A DNA stretch of 64,000 nt from Octopus sinensis (Eukaryota): the NCBI RefSeq assembly GCF_006345805.1, contig NC_043001.1:63240001-63304000 (forward strand). Direction: 5' to 3'. The position numbers and the translations under genes were made by a program. Each line of letters starts with the position of its first letter. Within the stretch, counting starts at the first letter, position 1. Positions 12,110 to 26,330 of this stretch are shown here, one piece after another. The notes under the pieces were generated by a model, which had not been told where the DNA came from, did not search any database, and saw only the letters and a list, made by a program, of their open reading frames with translations.

Positions 12110-13719
12110 GTAAGTAATATTTTTTTCTATTCCAACTAATTTATAAAATCAAACCAATTACAAAGACTTCAATCATCTTTATATTTTATTGGTGTTGGGG
12201 GGGGGGGGGATCTACTCTTAAGAAGGTGAAATAACAAGACATGTAGATATATATATATATGTTTGTCATCTCACTAAGCGTTTTTAACTTTCTGGGTCTG
12301 CAGGATTGAGCAATGCCCCTAGCCTATGAATAGGCCCTCACAGACTGGTGATGTTAATGTTACTGATGTTTCTGCTGAACCATTGATATGAGTGCTGTTT
12401 GTGTTTGCTTACAGTTGAGAGAGATAATATTAGCATGGCCCCTATCATTGGAAGGTACATTTGAGATCCCTGTGCAGTGTTACAGTCTCTCTATATGTGT
12501 GTGTATATGTTTTTAATTATTTTTAGAAATTGTTTTTTGTCAACAAATGTTTGCTTTGTAGTATCTAGTTTAACGTATTTCCTCCTAACAAATAATTTTA
12601 TTTCTTTAATGAATTCCAGTTTTTTTTTCTTTTGTGTTGTCACTGGGCATGTCTAACCTATTTACTAATACTTCACCATTCTTACATACTTTTATTTCTA
12701 TAATGCCCTCATACCAACCTACTAGTTTCACAGGGTCAAAGGTGCAGAGTAATGGAAGTTATTCATTCCATTTGCCATCCACTTCAATAAACATGGAAAT
12801 GTAGAAAGTATTGTCATTTTGATTGATATCCACCAATGTATGACTTGTTGGAAAGACAAATGGTAAAATTGTCCTTGGTGGGATTTAAACTATCACAATT
12901 AACTTTATTGATTCTGTTAATCCAACAAAACAAATAACATTGCCAAACATAACTAGTTTTCCTCTATTTTCTCAGTTATTTCTTGAGTAATTTAAGGGAC
13001 ATTTTAAATAATTTCTTAAACTATCACCTGTACGTATATGATGTTCAGAGACACACTGTTAAGGGAGCTCATTGTGAATGCTTTTGTATAATATAATTAA
13101 TGTCAAGGGAATTCTTAATGAACTAATTCATAATAATAGTAATGATGATCATTAAATTAATCTTCATTAATTCTAATTTTCTAATTTAGGAATGATTTTT
13201 ATAATTACTCTGACAGTTCCAACATCTTTCTTTCCCCTAACCATCTCTGTTGATGAAATCTTTTGCTCCCATACTCCCATTATTTAGTGATTGGTTGTGT
13301 GAAATATATTTTGGTAATTTACATGCTATTTCTGTTTTGTATTCTACAAATGCTGCTAATTCCACAATTTTGTATCCCATATCTACACAGACTTGGCATT
13401 TTAAAGTAATCTTCTTTACTGAGATTACACCTCTATCCTTTTAGCCTGTGGGATCATCTAGGATCTACAGCTGAAGAGCAAGAGAGCTGCATTAGCTGGC
13501 TTTTCAGTTGAGTAAAATGAAGTACCTTACTTAAGGAGACAACATGCCACCTGATCCAAGAATTGACCCATGACATTATGATCATGAACTGAACACCTTA
13601 ACCATTTGGTAACTATTGTAGCAAGAGTCATTGACACTCCTGGGGGATTGGAAGAATGGACTAGCCAAACTTTTATAAATAATAGCATATTGGTTGAGAC
13701 AAGGGGTTGGTAGAGGTCA

Positions 13720-15745
13720 TTGAGTCAGTGTGTTAGTTCTGCATTGAACTTGCACCGAACCCGGTATGTTAGTGAAAACTGAACTTGCACCAAACCCACA
13801 GTTTATCATAATGGTAGTTGTCCGAATTACTGTGTGTTGGTCCCATCACTAGAATGTGGTAGGGGTTTGATTCCCCTGCTCACAGTATATTGGATGCAGC
13901 TTTGCAGTGTTAACCAGCTACAGGAGATGTATTTTCGGGGTTAAAAAATTGCACTGAAGTCCGTTCAAGCAAAAAACAAGAGTGCTTAGTACAACAAAAA
14001 CAAGAGTGATGTGTGCAACAAACAATACTACCTAAGAGCCAAGCAACAATCATTATATAAAAGTGGCAATGAGATATTCAAGGCTTGCATCAGATGTTAA
14101 AATTTTTTTTGCTACAAAATCAAAGAAAAAAAAAATCATTAACATGAAAGACTTATTGGCTTGCATGGTGCAGTTGCCATAGCAACTGTTACAACAACAG
14201 CTACAACAGCAACAACAACAATACCAACAGTTACTGGAAGTAATGTTGAAGAAGTTTGAAAATACTTCAGGTTCGTTCTCTTCAGACAGTGTGACAAACT
14301 CAATTGGAGAATTTATTTATAACCCAGAAGGTATTACTTATTCTGCATATTTTAGAAGATACAAAGAAATCTTCAAAGAAGAATGTAAAAATTGGAATGA
14401 TGATAAGAAGGTGCTGAACACAAAAAAATACTGTTATATTCTGCCAAAGAAACCAGGTGAGATTTGTTTCAATGAAACAATTTGTTATTGAAAATTTTCA
14501 GCGAAAGAACTTACCTATTCAATATTCGTTGGCAGTGTTTAAATTTAGTTAAAAAAGACGATGAAGATTTCATCACTTATGCTGGGGTTGTTAACAGAGT
14601 GTGAAAAATTCAAATTAAATTAATTAACCCTGGATTTGTCCAAATGTCTAATGTTTGTTCAAGGGTTAAATGTTAGAAAAGATGCTGATATATGTTCCTG
14701 TATATAAACAAAATTAGAACAGGACCAAAAATTAACTCTGCAGGCAGTGGCTGAAGAATGCCAGAGGATTATAAATTTAAGACATGACACAGATAAAATA
14801 TGAGGAAAAAGATTGCTCTCAGATACAAGTGTGTCAACCTGAAATGGATAAGAAAAAGGAAAAATGAACGTCAAGACCAAATCCATGGTATGGGTGTTGG
14901 GGTTCACATTTTAGAAGTAATTGTCCTTTTAAAAATCATAAAGTTTTGAGTGTGGAAAAATTGAACATAAAAGCTCACATTATATAGCAAAACAAAAAAG
15001 GGGGGCCAAACAAAAAAAATTGCTAGAAAGAATGTATTGTTAACAAAAATTCTAAGCAAGGCTCAGAAAAGAAAATTTGTCTCCATAAAAATGAATAATG
15101 TGAATATCAAGTTACAGTTGGACACAGGTAGTGATATCATAATAATTAAGATAGACACAAGGAGAAAAATAGGGAAACCTAGATTAAAGGAAACTTCGAA
15201 AATTGCATGAGGTGTTTCAGGAAAAAAATTGCATTTTATGGGCAAAATGATAAGTGATGTTACATTTCATAGAAAAACCTTGAAAGCCAAAAATTTTGTG
15301 TTTAAAAATACAACAAATTCATTTGGAACAGATTGGATGGAACTATTTAACTTATGGGACCTCCCCATAAATATTTTTTGCAAAAATGTGAATGGTTCTT
15401 CCGCCAGTACAAATGAGGTGTTGGAAGATATGAAAAAAGAATTTAAATTATTTTTCCTGAAGTTTTTTCTGAGGAACTGGGTTTTTGCACCTAAACAGAG
15501 GTGAAGTTTCAAATGAAAGAAAATGCTATACCGGTTTTTAAACAAATACAAACAGTACCTGTTGCAGCATTGAAACAAGTCAAGGAAGAATTGGGTAGAC
15601 TTAAAAGGCTTAGCATTATAGAAAAAATTGATTACACAAAATGGGCATCCCCATCAGTTTATGTCAAGAAAAAATAATAAAATCTGAATATGCACTGATT
15701 TTTCAATGGGATTAAATGAATGTTTGATGCCATATTATTACCTGT
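13720..15745 (+). mobile_element. Degenerate Ty3/Gypsy LTR retrotransposon remnant (gag, protease, start of RT)
   Basis: Gag-like FIYNPEGITYSAYFRRY, protease LQLDTGSDIII at about 15110, RT start EELGRL...IEKIDYTKWASP.VYVKK, and PBS-like tggcaatgag at about 14063. Confidence 0.75.
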
Positions 15746-17799
15746 TGTGGCAACTGCAGTGAATTTCCCTTTTAGCAGTTGAAATATGTTACAAACATAT
15801 TTTAACTATCCTAAAATTTGCTTATTCCAAATTACTGCTTGGTGCTAATATCATGGTAATTTCCATGACCTTGAGGTCTACAAGCACAAATTAGTCAGTG
15901 TTGTTGACCATATTTTAGTTAAAGCTATAGATTTAATAAGGTCTGTTCAGAGTTGCCTCTCTTAGGTATTTCCCATTGATAACAGCTAAGAGTTGGAAAC
16001 ATCGATGTCTAGGAATCCTGATAGATGGCAACACTGGACAGATAAGGTGTTTTTATACCCTTTTACCATAAGAGAAAACTTTTTATGGTACCTACTATGA
16101 ATTAGCCTTTAAGCAGTTGAAATAGGTCACAAACATGTTTTAACTAACCTAAAATTTGCATATATAAATAAAATCTGGATAAACCTCCCACAGGCACATC
16201 AGACAAGGACCCAGCAATCAGATGACATAATTATATATGTATGTATGCACACACACACATATATGTGCGTGGATGCACCATCATGTATGTTTGTGTCTAT
16301 AACAAAGTTCATGATGTAAATATGAACGGATTTTGAAACAGATGTACCCTCTACAAAAATATCAAACTATATTGTTTTACTGCCCCCCCCCCCACCCCCA
16401 TCATGAACAGCTTAGTCTAAAGTGAAACTCAGTGTAAACTATCAACTTTTGATATAATAGATATATTATATCTATAATAGAATATCCACTATTTCAGATA
16501 ATGGTGGCACTATGTGTGGTAAGAAGACTGGTTCTGGGTTCAGTCCCAATGCATGGAACCTTTGGAAAGTGTCTTTTGCTATAGCCTCAGGTTGACCAAT
16601 GCCTTGTGAGTGGATTTGGTAGATGGAAACTGAAAGAAGCCTGTCACTCACACACACACACACACATGTATATGTATGTATGTATGTATGTATGTATATG
16701 CATATATTTATGTGTGTTTGTCCTTCCACCATCACTTGACAACTGGTGTATTTATATCCCCATAACTTAGTGGCTCAGCACAAGGGGATTGATAGAATAA
16801 GTACTAGGCTTACAAAGAATAAGTCCTGGGGTCCATTTATTCCACTAAAACCCTTTATGGTGGTGCCCCAGCATGGCCACAGTCAAATGACTGAAAGAAG
16901 TAAAAAAATAAAAGAATATTTTACAACTCTTGCATTATGATAGAACGCATAAGAAATATGTACTTTATAAATATGTATTATGTAGTTCTTTAGTTTAATG
17001 TTACTTGACATAATATATATATATATATATATATATATTAGTAGAAACACCCATCACTGAGTGGGTTGCAAAAGGCTACCAATATTGTACAATGAATATT
17101 GAAAGTTATTCACTTAGATTGTATTGAACATATATAGAAGAAACGGCTGTTAACTTTCATGTAGATGATAGATTTGTATCCTTCTGGCCAACATACAGGA
17201 AATGACTGCCAACTTTCTTGTAGACTATAGAGCTGTTTCTTTCTGGCCAATAGCATTAAGGGTGCATATAAACTTCTGATCTATGATCTCTAGTATGTCA
17301 GTCTATAAATGAAGCAAACATCACACACACTTTGGCTTATGTGTAGTACAAGGGGAAAACTAAAACCATATGTACTATAATTTATTGAACCTAAGCATTA
17401 CAATAAACAAAAATACAAAGAGCTTTTCTTAGATGGATAGCCTGGTGGCTTGAAGACATAGATATAAAACAAACAAAAACAATATAATAATGCTCTTAAT
17501 ATGTATACAAAAATTTAATAGGAATATATAGTAACAATTTATCTCATAGAAAAATGGAGACAATTGAAGATCAAAACATGAAAAATAGACCACAAATAGT
17601 TTTCCATTTTTAGTTTTCCCAGAACTTTCATTTAGTTTTGTTGTATCTGGGGTGAATCATTCTGTTTTGATGCCTTGTTAATACTCACTGGTTCGATTTT
17701 CACTCATTTATTTTTTTCTTCTGAAATTTTCTTTGCTTCTCGCAACATCTTCAATAGTTGTTGACTATGTCTGTTTTCAGAGCTGCATTTCTTTTGTTT

Positions 17800-17960
17800 T
17801 TGTTTGTTTGCATCTCTGTAGCATTCACCCCTTCTACGCCACACCCTCACTCTGCCATCAGAGGTGGAAATGCAGTACTGGCTCTTGTCAGAGAAGACTA
17901 TCAACCTCCACTTACATCCCTGAAATAAATTTTCAGAATTTACCTTATAAAAATGACATA
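17800..17960 (-). mobile_element. Tc1-like transposase fragment
   Basis: WRLIVFSDKSQYCISTSDGRVRVWRRRGE matches the Tc1 W..V.FSDES...DGR..VWR..GE motif. Confidence 0.65.
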
Positions 17961-18483
17961 TGAAACAATTGCATTTCTTTTGCGATTCAGTGTATATATT
18001 AGCGACAGAGGCAGTATGAATTATCTCCCTGACAGCGATATAAACAAGAATGCATTTTGTCGCCAAAACCAATATGAGAATTTCTCATGTTATCCACTGC
18101 AGTATAGTTGCTCTAACAGGACATCCACATTTAACTAGGGATATATATATATATAAGCTTTATCTTTGAGATCAACCCACTATTGCATGTGTACTCTTTG
18201 TATTTTTGCTCTACACATACATTGAAAAAAAATATATTTGTTGAATTCTCTTCAGTGAAATATTTTCACCATTTAATTGCTGTCAGATATTGAAGCTGTG
18301 ATTTCATTTATTTTGACAATTCTCTGTTATCTCATATATTTTCTACTAATATATTTTCAAACTAATGCATTTTATCCATGCATTTTTATCTATTTTTCCA
18401 GCACTGGATCCCTATCAAGTTCCTGTAATTCATCAGAATCTTCCTTACACTATCATGATGTAGACTCTTCTGAACACTGATAA

Positions 18484-18668
18484 CACTGGTCGACAAAATT
18501 AAATGTATTATAGTCATTATGAATGCAAACCAAGTTTCTAGACTAATTTTTTCATGCTGATTTCAAAATTTTACTCCATTTGTATGCAGCACATATCAGT
18601 TTTCCAGTAGACATATGCAATTATTTACATATCTCCTAATATAATAATGAGAACAGTGTTTTTATATA

Positions 18669-18717
<49 letters not shown>

Positions 18718-21409
18718 TTGTCCAAAATTATGCAGGAGGGAGTAGAAGAAAGAGTAGTATAAGTGAAGAGAGAGGAGAGTAATTCAGTGAAGAAGTAGTG
18801 AAAGTACTAGTCCTGACTGAGAGGGTGTGAGAGAAAGTAAGAGCAATGAGAGAAAGGAAGTGGTAAAGAGCACATCGTGTATCTTCTGTTTTTTTCCATT
18901 ACAATATATGACTGAGAAAGGAAGAGGTGATAGATGAATAATGAAGGAAGGGGTGAAAAAAAATCAGCATTTCCATTCTGCGTGAGTATATGTGTGTGTA
19001 TGTAAAAGGAGGTATGTGAATGTTTGTGTATGTGTGTGTGTGTGTATGCAATGGAAATGGGATGGTGAACATTCAACGCTGAAAAGAAAAGTCAAACAGC
19101 ATTTCCATTTTGTGTGAGTATATGTGTGTACATGTACAAGGGAAGTACGTGAATGTTTGTATCTTTGATTATTATGTACCTTATTTTGTACTTTATTTAT
19201 ATATAAAATACTACAATTAGCTGTCTTTTTGATGGCACAGAGCTAGCTAGTTTGTATATATGAAATCTTTAATGTAATAAATAAGGACATATTATTTTTA
19301 GAAAGTAAATGAGTTAAAAATCATCACTATCATTCTACAAAGAGTGAATACACAAAAAATGGGTCAGACAAAACAGACAATGTTAGAACAACAGAGTTAG
19401 AAACATTGTGATTTGGATTTCCTGCAGTATTCCTGATCTGGATGATCAGGGTAAAGTGTCCAGCAGTAGTCAGCCAGCATACTGTCATTCCAGAAGCCTT
19501 GGTACCATTTTTTCCTTAGTACTAATGTCCTGATGAAATCTTTCACTATGTTCATCAGACACTGCTCCAAGGTTATCTGTGAAGAAATCCAGATGGGAGT
19601 CCAAGAAGTGAACTTTCTGTGATATGCGACAACTCATTGCTAAGAAACATTTCAGAAGATTCTTGATGCCATCCTTGTAGTCCATTACTTTCTTGTTGCC
19701 CAAGAAATTCTCACAGATCCAATTGAAAGCATTCTAGGCAGGCAGTTCCAGTTTATCCAGTGTTGTCTTGACATCTTTGAGTACTTTTCTTGAGGGTTGA
19801 AAGATACCCTCTTTCAACTTCGCCTGTGTGATTTTTGAAAACCTTTCTACAATATACTCAAACTCTCTCTGGAATTTCTCTTCCCCAGTGTCTTTACAAA
19901 CTGTTTCATCAGTCCAAGCTTTATGTGCAAAGGAGGTAATAAGACATTACATGGATCTACAAGAGGTGTCTTCTTGATACTTGACAGTCCTGGCTGGTAT
20001 GATGTTCTTGTCTGTCAGTTGCCCAACTATCTCATAGACACAAGAAACAACGGTATTTTGTGAAATCTCACTGTATTCCCATTAACATTCTAATGACTTT
20101 TAAATCTCCACATATTTCCATGAGTATCTTTCATAGGCAATGACAAGAAGTAAAAGTTCCATATTCTCATATGGTTCATGAAGATGAATGGAGTGTGCAA
20201 TAGGAATGGAGGGCTTCAAATTGCCATTATGGAGAAGTACAGCTTTTAAACTTTGTTTTGAAGAGTCAATAAACAAACGCCACTCTGCAAGATCATGATT
20301 TTGTGATAAACATTCGAAAAGTCCATCGATGTTACTGCCAAAGCAAAGTGGGCCTTCAACAGAAAAACACATTTGTAGAACCACATTTCTCTGCCAAAAA
20401 TAAGTTATATGATGAACACAGTGCTCTAGCTGATATTTCTCATTCAGTCTTGATGCCATCAGTTCTGCTTTATCTTTTGAGAGGGATAAGTCTCTGACAA
20501 AGTTATTCACTTCAGCTTGAGAAAATTTCTGAGATTCAAAGCTATCATCATCATCAGCCATGCAATCTTCCTCAGCAGTACTGTCGTGACAGTCAGAAGC
20601 ATCATCTGATGTTTCACTACCATCATCTGGTGTAACTGGAATTGGCAGATTTCCATTGTAAGGCACATGTCTCATTGCAGAATCCAAATTGGGTTACACA
20701 ATTTTGTGTTTATTCTTCATAGAAAATCCTGTGACAAAAATAACAGTCATTAAAATGGTCTTTTGGCTCCCTCCATATCATTGGAATGGCAAAAGGCATG
20801 GACTCCTTCTTATTATTATTAAACCAGTCACATAAGCCATTTGAGCAAGCTGAGCAGATAAAATGTGGTGCCCATAACTTGTCCTGATCTCCAAGAGGAC
20901 GGTCAAAGTATAGCTTATAAATCTTCTTGATCTCTGGTGCTATTGTATGTTTTTGAGCTTTCATAACAAATTGTCCACAGACATAGCAAAACACATCAGG
21001 ACAATTTCTACATATGTCTTGACATTGTAGAAACAAACGGTTATATCTATATTGAACTTGATGAAATATTTCATCAGACCAATTATGGCTGGACAATTTG
21101 AGATGTTGAAATACCCATTTCATCAGACAACACTTGATTGGTTAATTTAAGAAGATGAAATATTGCATCTGAACTATGCAGCAATGAATAATGTAGTTTA
21201 TTTTAAAGGTATGTTTCCATGATGTAAATGCTTACATGTCATTAATTGGAATTTCTATATAATGCATGAGCTAAAGCCAAAAAAAACTTTCTCATCTTGA
21301 AAACTGTACGTGATGTCAAAAAACTAATTGTATATTTGAAATCAGTATTAAAACTACAACTAAGTACACCTTAACATATGCTTAAAGGAAAAATACTTCT
21401 TGACCAATG
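18484..21409 (-). mobile_element. Chapaev3-type (CMC) DNA transposon, degenerate but with both ends
   Basis: Ends are cactggtcga and ttgaccaatg, each flanked by TAA (3-bp TSD). Subterminal inverted atgctgatttcaaa. Transposase remnants FCYVCG, WAPHFICSAC, WREPKDH..DCYFC, EWRLFIDSSK.SLKAVLLHNGN and LGAVSDEH.ERFHQDI. Confidence 0.72.
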
Positions 21410-23719
21410 TAATCATCCAAGGGAAGGTAATGAAGTGAGGGGGATATAAATTCTTTGGATGAATTCTTGGAAGTAGCTGAAGTTTCTAATTCATTCCAAA
21501 CAACCTGTGAGAAAGGAAACACAGGAAAATAGTTTTGAAGAAGAATACAGCCATCATTTGTGAGCTCTGCCTAGCATTTAAATTTTTTTATATTTATACT
21601 TCTTTTTCTAGAATGAGTTCCTTTCTATTTGAGATACCTTGTCAAAACATTTGAACCTTGAAACACTTCTCAATTAGCATAAATTATAATTTTTTAAAAG
21701 CATTTTGTCAATCTTGTTGGATTTCTGTTGCCATAGAAGGCCAAACTAGAACTTGTTAACCACAAAGAACTCTAATACCAATCCAGTATATTTGATATTG
21801 TGGTCAGGTATCTGATTGTCTGATATTAGAAAGAACTATCAGTTGAAATCATTTCTTCCTCTAGATTTATTTGATCTTCTTTAATTAGTCTAACCGTAAT
21901 TTGCTTTTTACACCACTGAACTTTGAATCCAAGTCAGTGTGGTGGTACTCAATCTTGTTTTAGCTGGATTTTAATACCATTGCTTTACTCAAAAATTGTT
22001 TGGCTGGTTTTTGATAGGAAACGTAGCCATTATTCTTCTTGTTGGTGTATGTATAATTGTCATATCAAAAATTAAAAAGAAGAGCAACTTTATTTTATTT
22101 CTTAACTTTAAAAAAAAAGTTATTTGATATATGCTGCTGTTAATTAAGAAGTTAAAATCTATTGCCAAATATGATAAAAACCAAACTAAAAAATGCAAAT
22201 ATAGACACTATTAAATTATTAATTTTCTGCCTCCTGAGTTTTTTTTTAAGTGGTACCACCATAGGATCTTGTTGTTACATATAGAGAATGAAGATAAGGT
22301 TGCGAAATTATTTTCCACTCTCACGATATTAACACAATTCTAGAAACAGTAACTTAATCTCCTTTAAGTTATGTTGTTATTTTAAAACAAGGGTGGCATA
22401 TTGTATACCTCTGAATAAGAAAAATATACTGGATGGTCATTTCTTGAATACCTTCAACTATGGGTAATATTCTTGTAGAAAGTTGGAAAATTGCTAGGCC
22501 ATTATGGGTAAAACTATATACTGAATGTGTTCATGTACTTTGGAGAATCACACTAAACATACCAAACTGAAACAAGACAAAGAAAAGAAGCCCCATAAAT
22601 GTTAATGATCCTTTCAAATATTCAGCTTGTAACCATGTTTGTCTATCTAATGCTGGTCTTCTTATTTATTCATGTGGAACCACCACAGTATCTGTCCCTT
22701 GAAAACCTTTAGAAAATCTATGTAACATCATCATCATCATCATTGTTTAATGTCCGTTTTCCATGCTGGCTTGGGTTGGATGGTTTGACTGAGGTCTGGA
22801 GAGCCAGCAGTGGCACCAGGCTCTAATCTGATCTGGTAATGTTTCTACGGCTGGATGCCCTTCCTAATGCCAACTACTCCAAGAGTGTAAGTGGGTGCTT
22901 TTTATGTGCCACTGGCACAGGAGCCAGTCAGGTAGGCCTGTCATTGATCATGTTCAGATAGTGCTTTTTATGTGCCATTGGCATGGGAGCCAGTCAGGTG
23001 GGACTGGCATTGGCCATGTTCAGATAGTATACTCATTTGTAAATATGTATATATATTTCAGCAGTTTTGAATACATATACATGTACAACATCTGTGAAAT
23101 TAGAGAGCTTCTTGTACAAGATAATGTAGAATAATGAGCCATTGACTACAACATATTGTACATATTAAAAGTAATCAAACCTGTGTGATGGCTGAAGAGT
23201 GATAAATATAATTTTCTTGTTTTTCCTGTTATTTTGTCATTTTTAAAAATTAACATCCTCATGCTCTCGCTAACTACTTTCATGAGAAAAATTGAATATT
23301 CATATATACAATCTAAAATGCTGTAATTATCACACTGTTTAGTAAAATGTCTGCCATTGTTATTGACGGTATGCATACTCTAGAAATGAAATAAAACACT
23401 ACAATCTGGAAGGGCATAAACACCTGTTATAAAGACTGCTTGAGAATTTCCTAACCAGATTTGATGACTTGCTTCATCTCCTGTAAATCCCTTTAGTGAT
23501 GGTTGTCCACTTCTCAAACCTCTTGTTATGAAGCCATCTACTGTGGAAATGGAACTAATAGAATTACTAATGGAAAAACTAACAGATAAATAATCCATAA
23601 ATCTCGGTCTATAATTGAGTTCCGGAAACAGGTTCCAAAACTAAAATGTCCTGAACTGGAGAAAGCTAGTATGCAACTCGTCTCAATTTTCAGCACAGCA
23701 TATCACTGTACTCTGTAAT

Positions 23720-25885
23720 GATGATGATGATCATCATCATCGTTCAACGTCCGCTTTCCATGCTGGCATGGATTGGACGGTTTGACTGAGCACTGGCAAG
23801 CCAGATGGCTGCACTAGCTCCAATTTGATCTGGCAGAGTTTCTACAGCTGGCTGCCCTTCCTAACGCCAACCACTCCTAGAGTGTAGTGGGTGCTTTTAC
23901 ATGCCACTGGCACAAGGGCCAGTCAGGTGGTACTGGCAATGGCCATGCTCAAATGGTGTTTTTTGCGTGCCACCTGCACATCCAGCAGCACTAGCAATGT
24001 TGCCAGTCCAGCAGCACTGGCAACGATTTCTCTTGAATGTTATTTTTCACATGCCACCAGCACAAGTGCCAGTAAGGTGACACTGGTAACGACCATGCTT
24101 TTATGGTGCTTTTTACATGCCACCGGCATGGGAGCCAGTCAGCAGCCCTGGTAATGATCCTGCTCAGATGGTGCTCTTAATGTTCCACTTACACAGATGC
24201 CAGTCAGGCGGTGCTGTCTTCGGCCACATCAGCGAATTTGATTTCAATTTCACTTGCCTCAACAGGTCTTCACAAGCAGACTTTAGTTTTCAAAGGTACA
24301 CATAAGTGGGCTGGTTACACCACTGGTATGGGCCATGGGTTATGTTCTCACTCGGCTTGCCAGATCTTCTCAAGCACAGCTTATTTCCAAAGGTCTCGGT
24401 CACTAGTCATCGCCTCAGTGAGGCCTAATGTTCAAAGGTTGTGCTTCACCACCTCATCACAGGTCTTCCTGGGTCTACCTCTTTCATAGGTTCCCTCAAC
24501 CACGAGGTTATGACACTTTTTCACACAGCTATCTTCATCCATTCTCACCACATGACCATACCAGTGCAGTCGTTTCTCTTGCACACCACATCTGATGCTT
24601 CTTAGGTCCTACTTTTCTCTCAAGGTACTTACATTCTGTTGTATATGCACACTGACATAACACATTCAGCGGAGCTTACTGACTTCATTTCTTGCAAGCT
24701 TATGGATGTCCTCATCAGTTACAGCCCATGTTTCATTGCCACATAGCAGGGCTGTTCCTACACATGCGTCATACAGTTTACCTTTTACTCTGAGCGAGTT
24801 TGTCAGCAGCAGAGGTAAGAGCTTGCTGAACTTTGCCCAGGCTATTCTTATTCTAGTAGCTACACTTTCAGAGTATCCACCCCCGCTACTGACTTGGTCA
24901 CCTAGGTTAACAGAAGCTGTTAACTACTTGTAGTTTTTCTCCCTGGAATGTGGCAGAAGTTGTTCTCTGCACATTTTCAGTGTTTATTGCTCTTGAGCAT
25001 CTACCACATACAAAAACTATCTTCCCAGTTAGCCTTCCTTTGATATTACTGCACCTCTTATGTGTCCATAGATTACACTGGGTACATCTTATAGAGTTTC
25101 TACCTACACCTTTTCTACAGATCGAGCAGGGCCATCTACCTGAAGGGATTTGTGGTTTGTCTGCCTTCCTACTTATTAAGACTTTGGTTTTAGCTAGGTT
25201 GACTCTAAGGCCCTTCAATTCTAATCATTGCTTCCACACCTGAAACTTCTCCTCTAGTTCTGATAGTGACTCAGCAATTAGAACAAGGTCATCAACATAG
25301 AGAAGCTCCCAGGGGCATCCTGTCTTGAATTCCTCCGTTATTACCTGGAGGACTATGATAAATAGGAGGGGGCTGAAGACTGAACCTTGGTGGACCCCTA
25401 CCTCTACCTGGAATTCTTCACTGTACTCGTTGCCAACCCTCACCTTACTGACAGTGTCCCTGTACATGGCTTGCACAGCTCTCACTAACCATTCATCTAT
25501 CCCTAGTTTCCACATTGTCTAGCAGATAAGGGATCAGGGGACCCTGTCGAAGGCTTTCTTCATGTCAATGAAAGCCAAGTACAGGGGTTTATCTTTGGCT
25601 AGGTATTTCTATTGCAGAAATATAGCATTAGTGGTGCTTTTCCCTGGCACAAACCTAAACTGCATCTTGGTAATTAGTTGGACTACAACTCTTTCCATGA
25701 CTTTCATTACCTGATCCAACAGCTTGATACCTCTGTAATTATTTGTATCTAAAGCATCATCTTTACCTTTGTAGCAGTTGACCATGGTGCTGCTACACCA
25801 GTCATTGGGTAGGACTCCTTCATGTATCACATGGTTGACTATATAGGTGACTAGGCTATAGCTGACACTGCCAGATATTTTGAGC
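23720..25885 (-). mobile_element. 5'-truncated RTE-clade LINE (RT, Cys-rich segment, 3'UTR with (ATG)n tail)
   Basis: NYRGIKLLDQVMKV, GVHQGSVFSPLLF, LLYVDDLVL, GLRVNLAKTK and CSICRKGVG..SI.C..C..W.HKRC. The 3'UTR equals the RTE-tail SINE sequence. Confidence 0.88.
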
Positions 25886-25889
25886 ATCT

Positions 25890-26330
25890 CTGTGGTGAAT
25901 GATTTTTGTCATATCAAAGCACCTTGCAAACATTTCAGACCATCACCTGATGGAGCTAATGTGTATCTCTTTGACAAGGTATCAACCAGGTATCAACGAC
26001 TTACAATCATGGAGGCCAAACATTTTGGCCTTAAATCCATTAAATTCCCATCCAATATCAAGGAACTGGAGGCTTTTGAAAATGACCTTTTGGCCATCAT
26101 ACCCTGATCGAAATTCCATAAGTCTTATAACCCTTTCCAAAGTAAACTTAGAGTAGATATTCATAGACTTAAAACTTCTGATAGGTCCCTACTCTTTTCT
26201 GATAACACTAAGAATTTGTATGGAGTAAGCAACAATACACATGCACAACTACTTAGAAACATCATCATACAGACTTACAGGAAGGCAAGAGAGCCCGAGA
26301 TGCTCAATATAGAAAACACAAAGTAGTGCT
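25890..26330 (+). mobile_element. Penelope-like element fragment (pre-RT region)
   Basis: FQSKLRVDIHRLKTSDRSLLFSDNTKNLY...LLRNII.QTYRK resembles the PLE F...L..DI...ADKT.NLY...LL..NIT..YK block. Confidence 0.55.
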
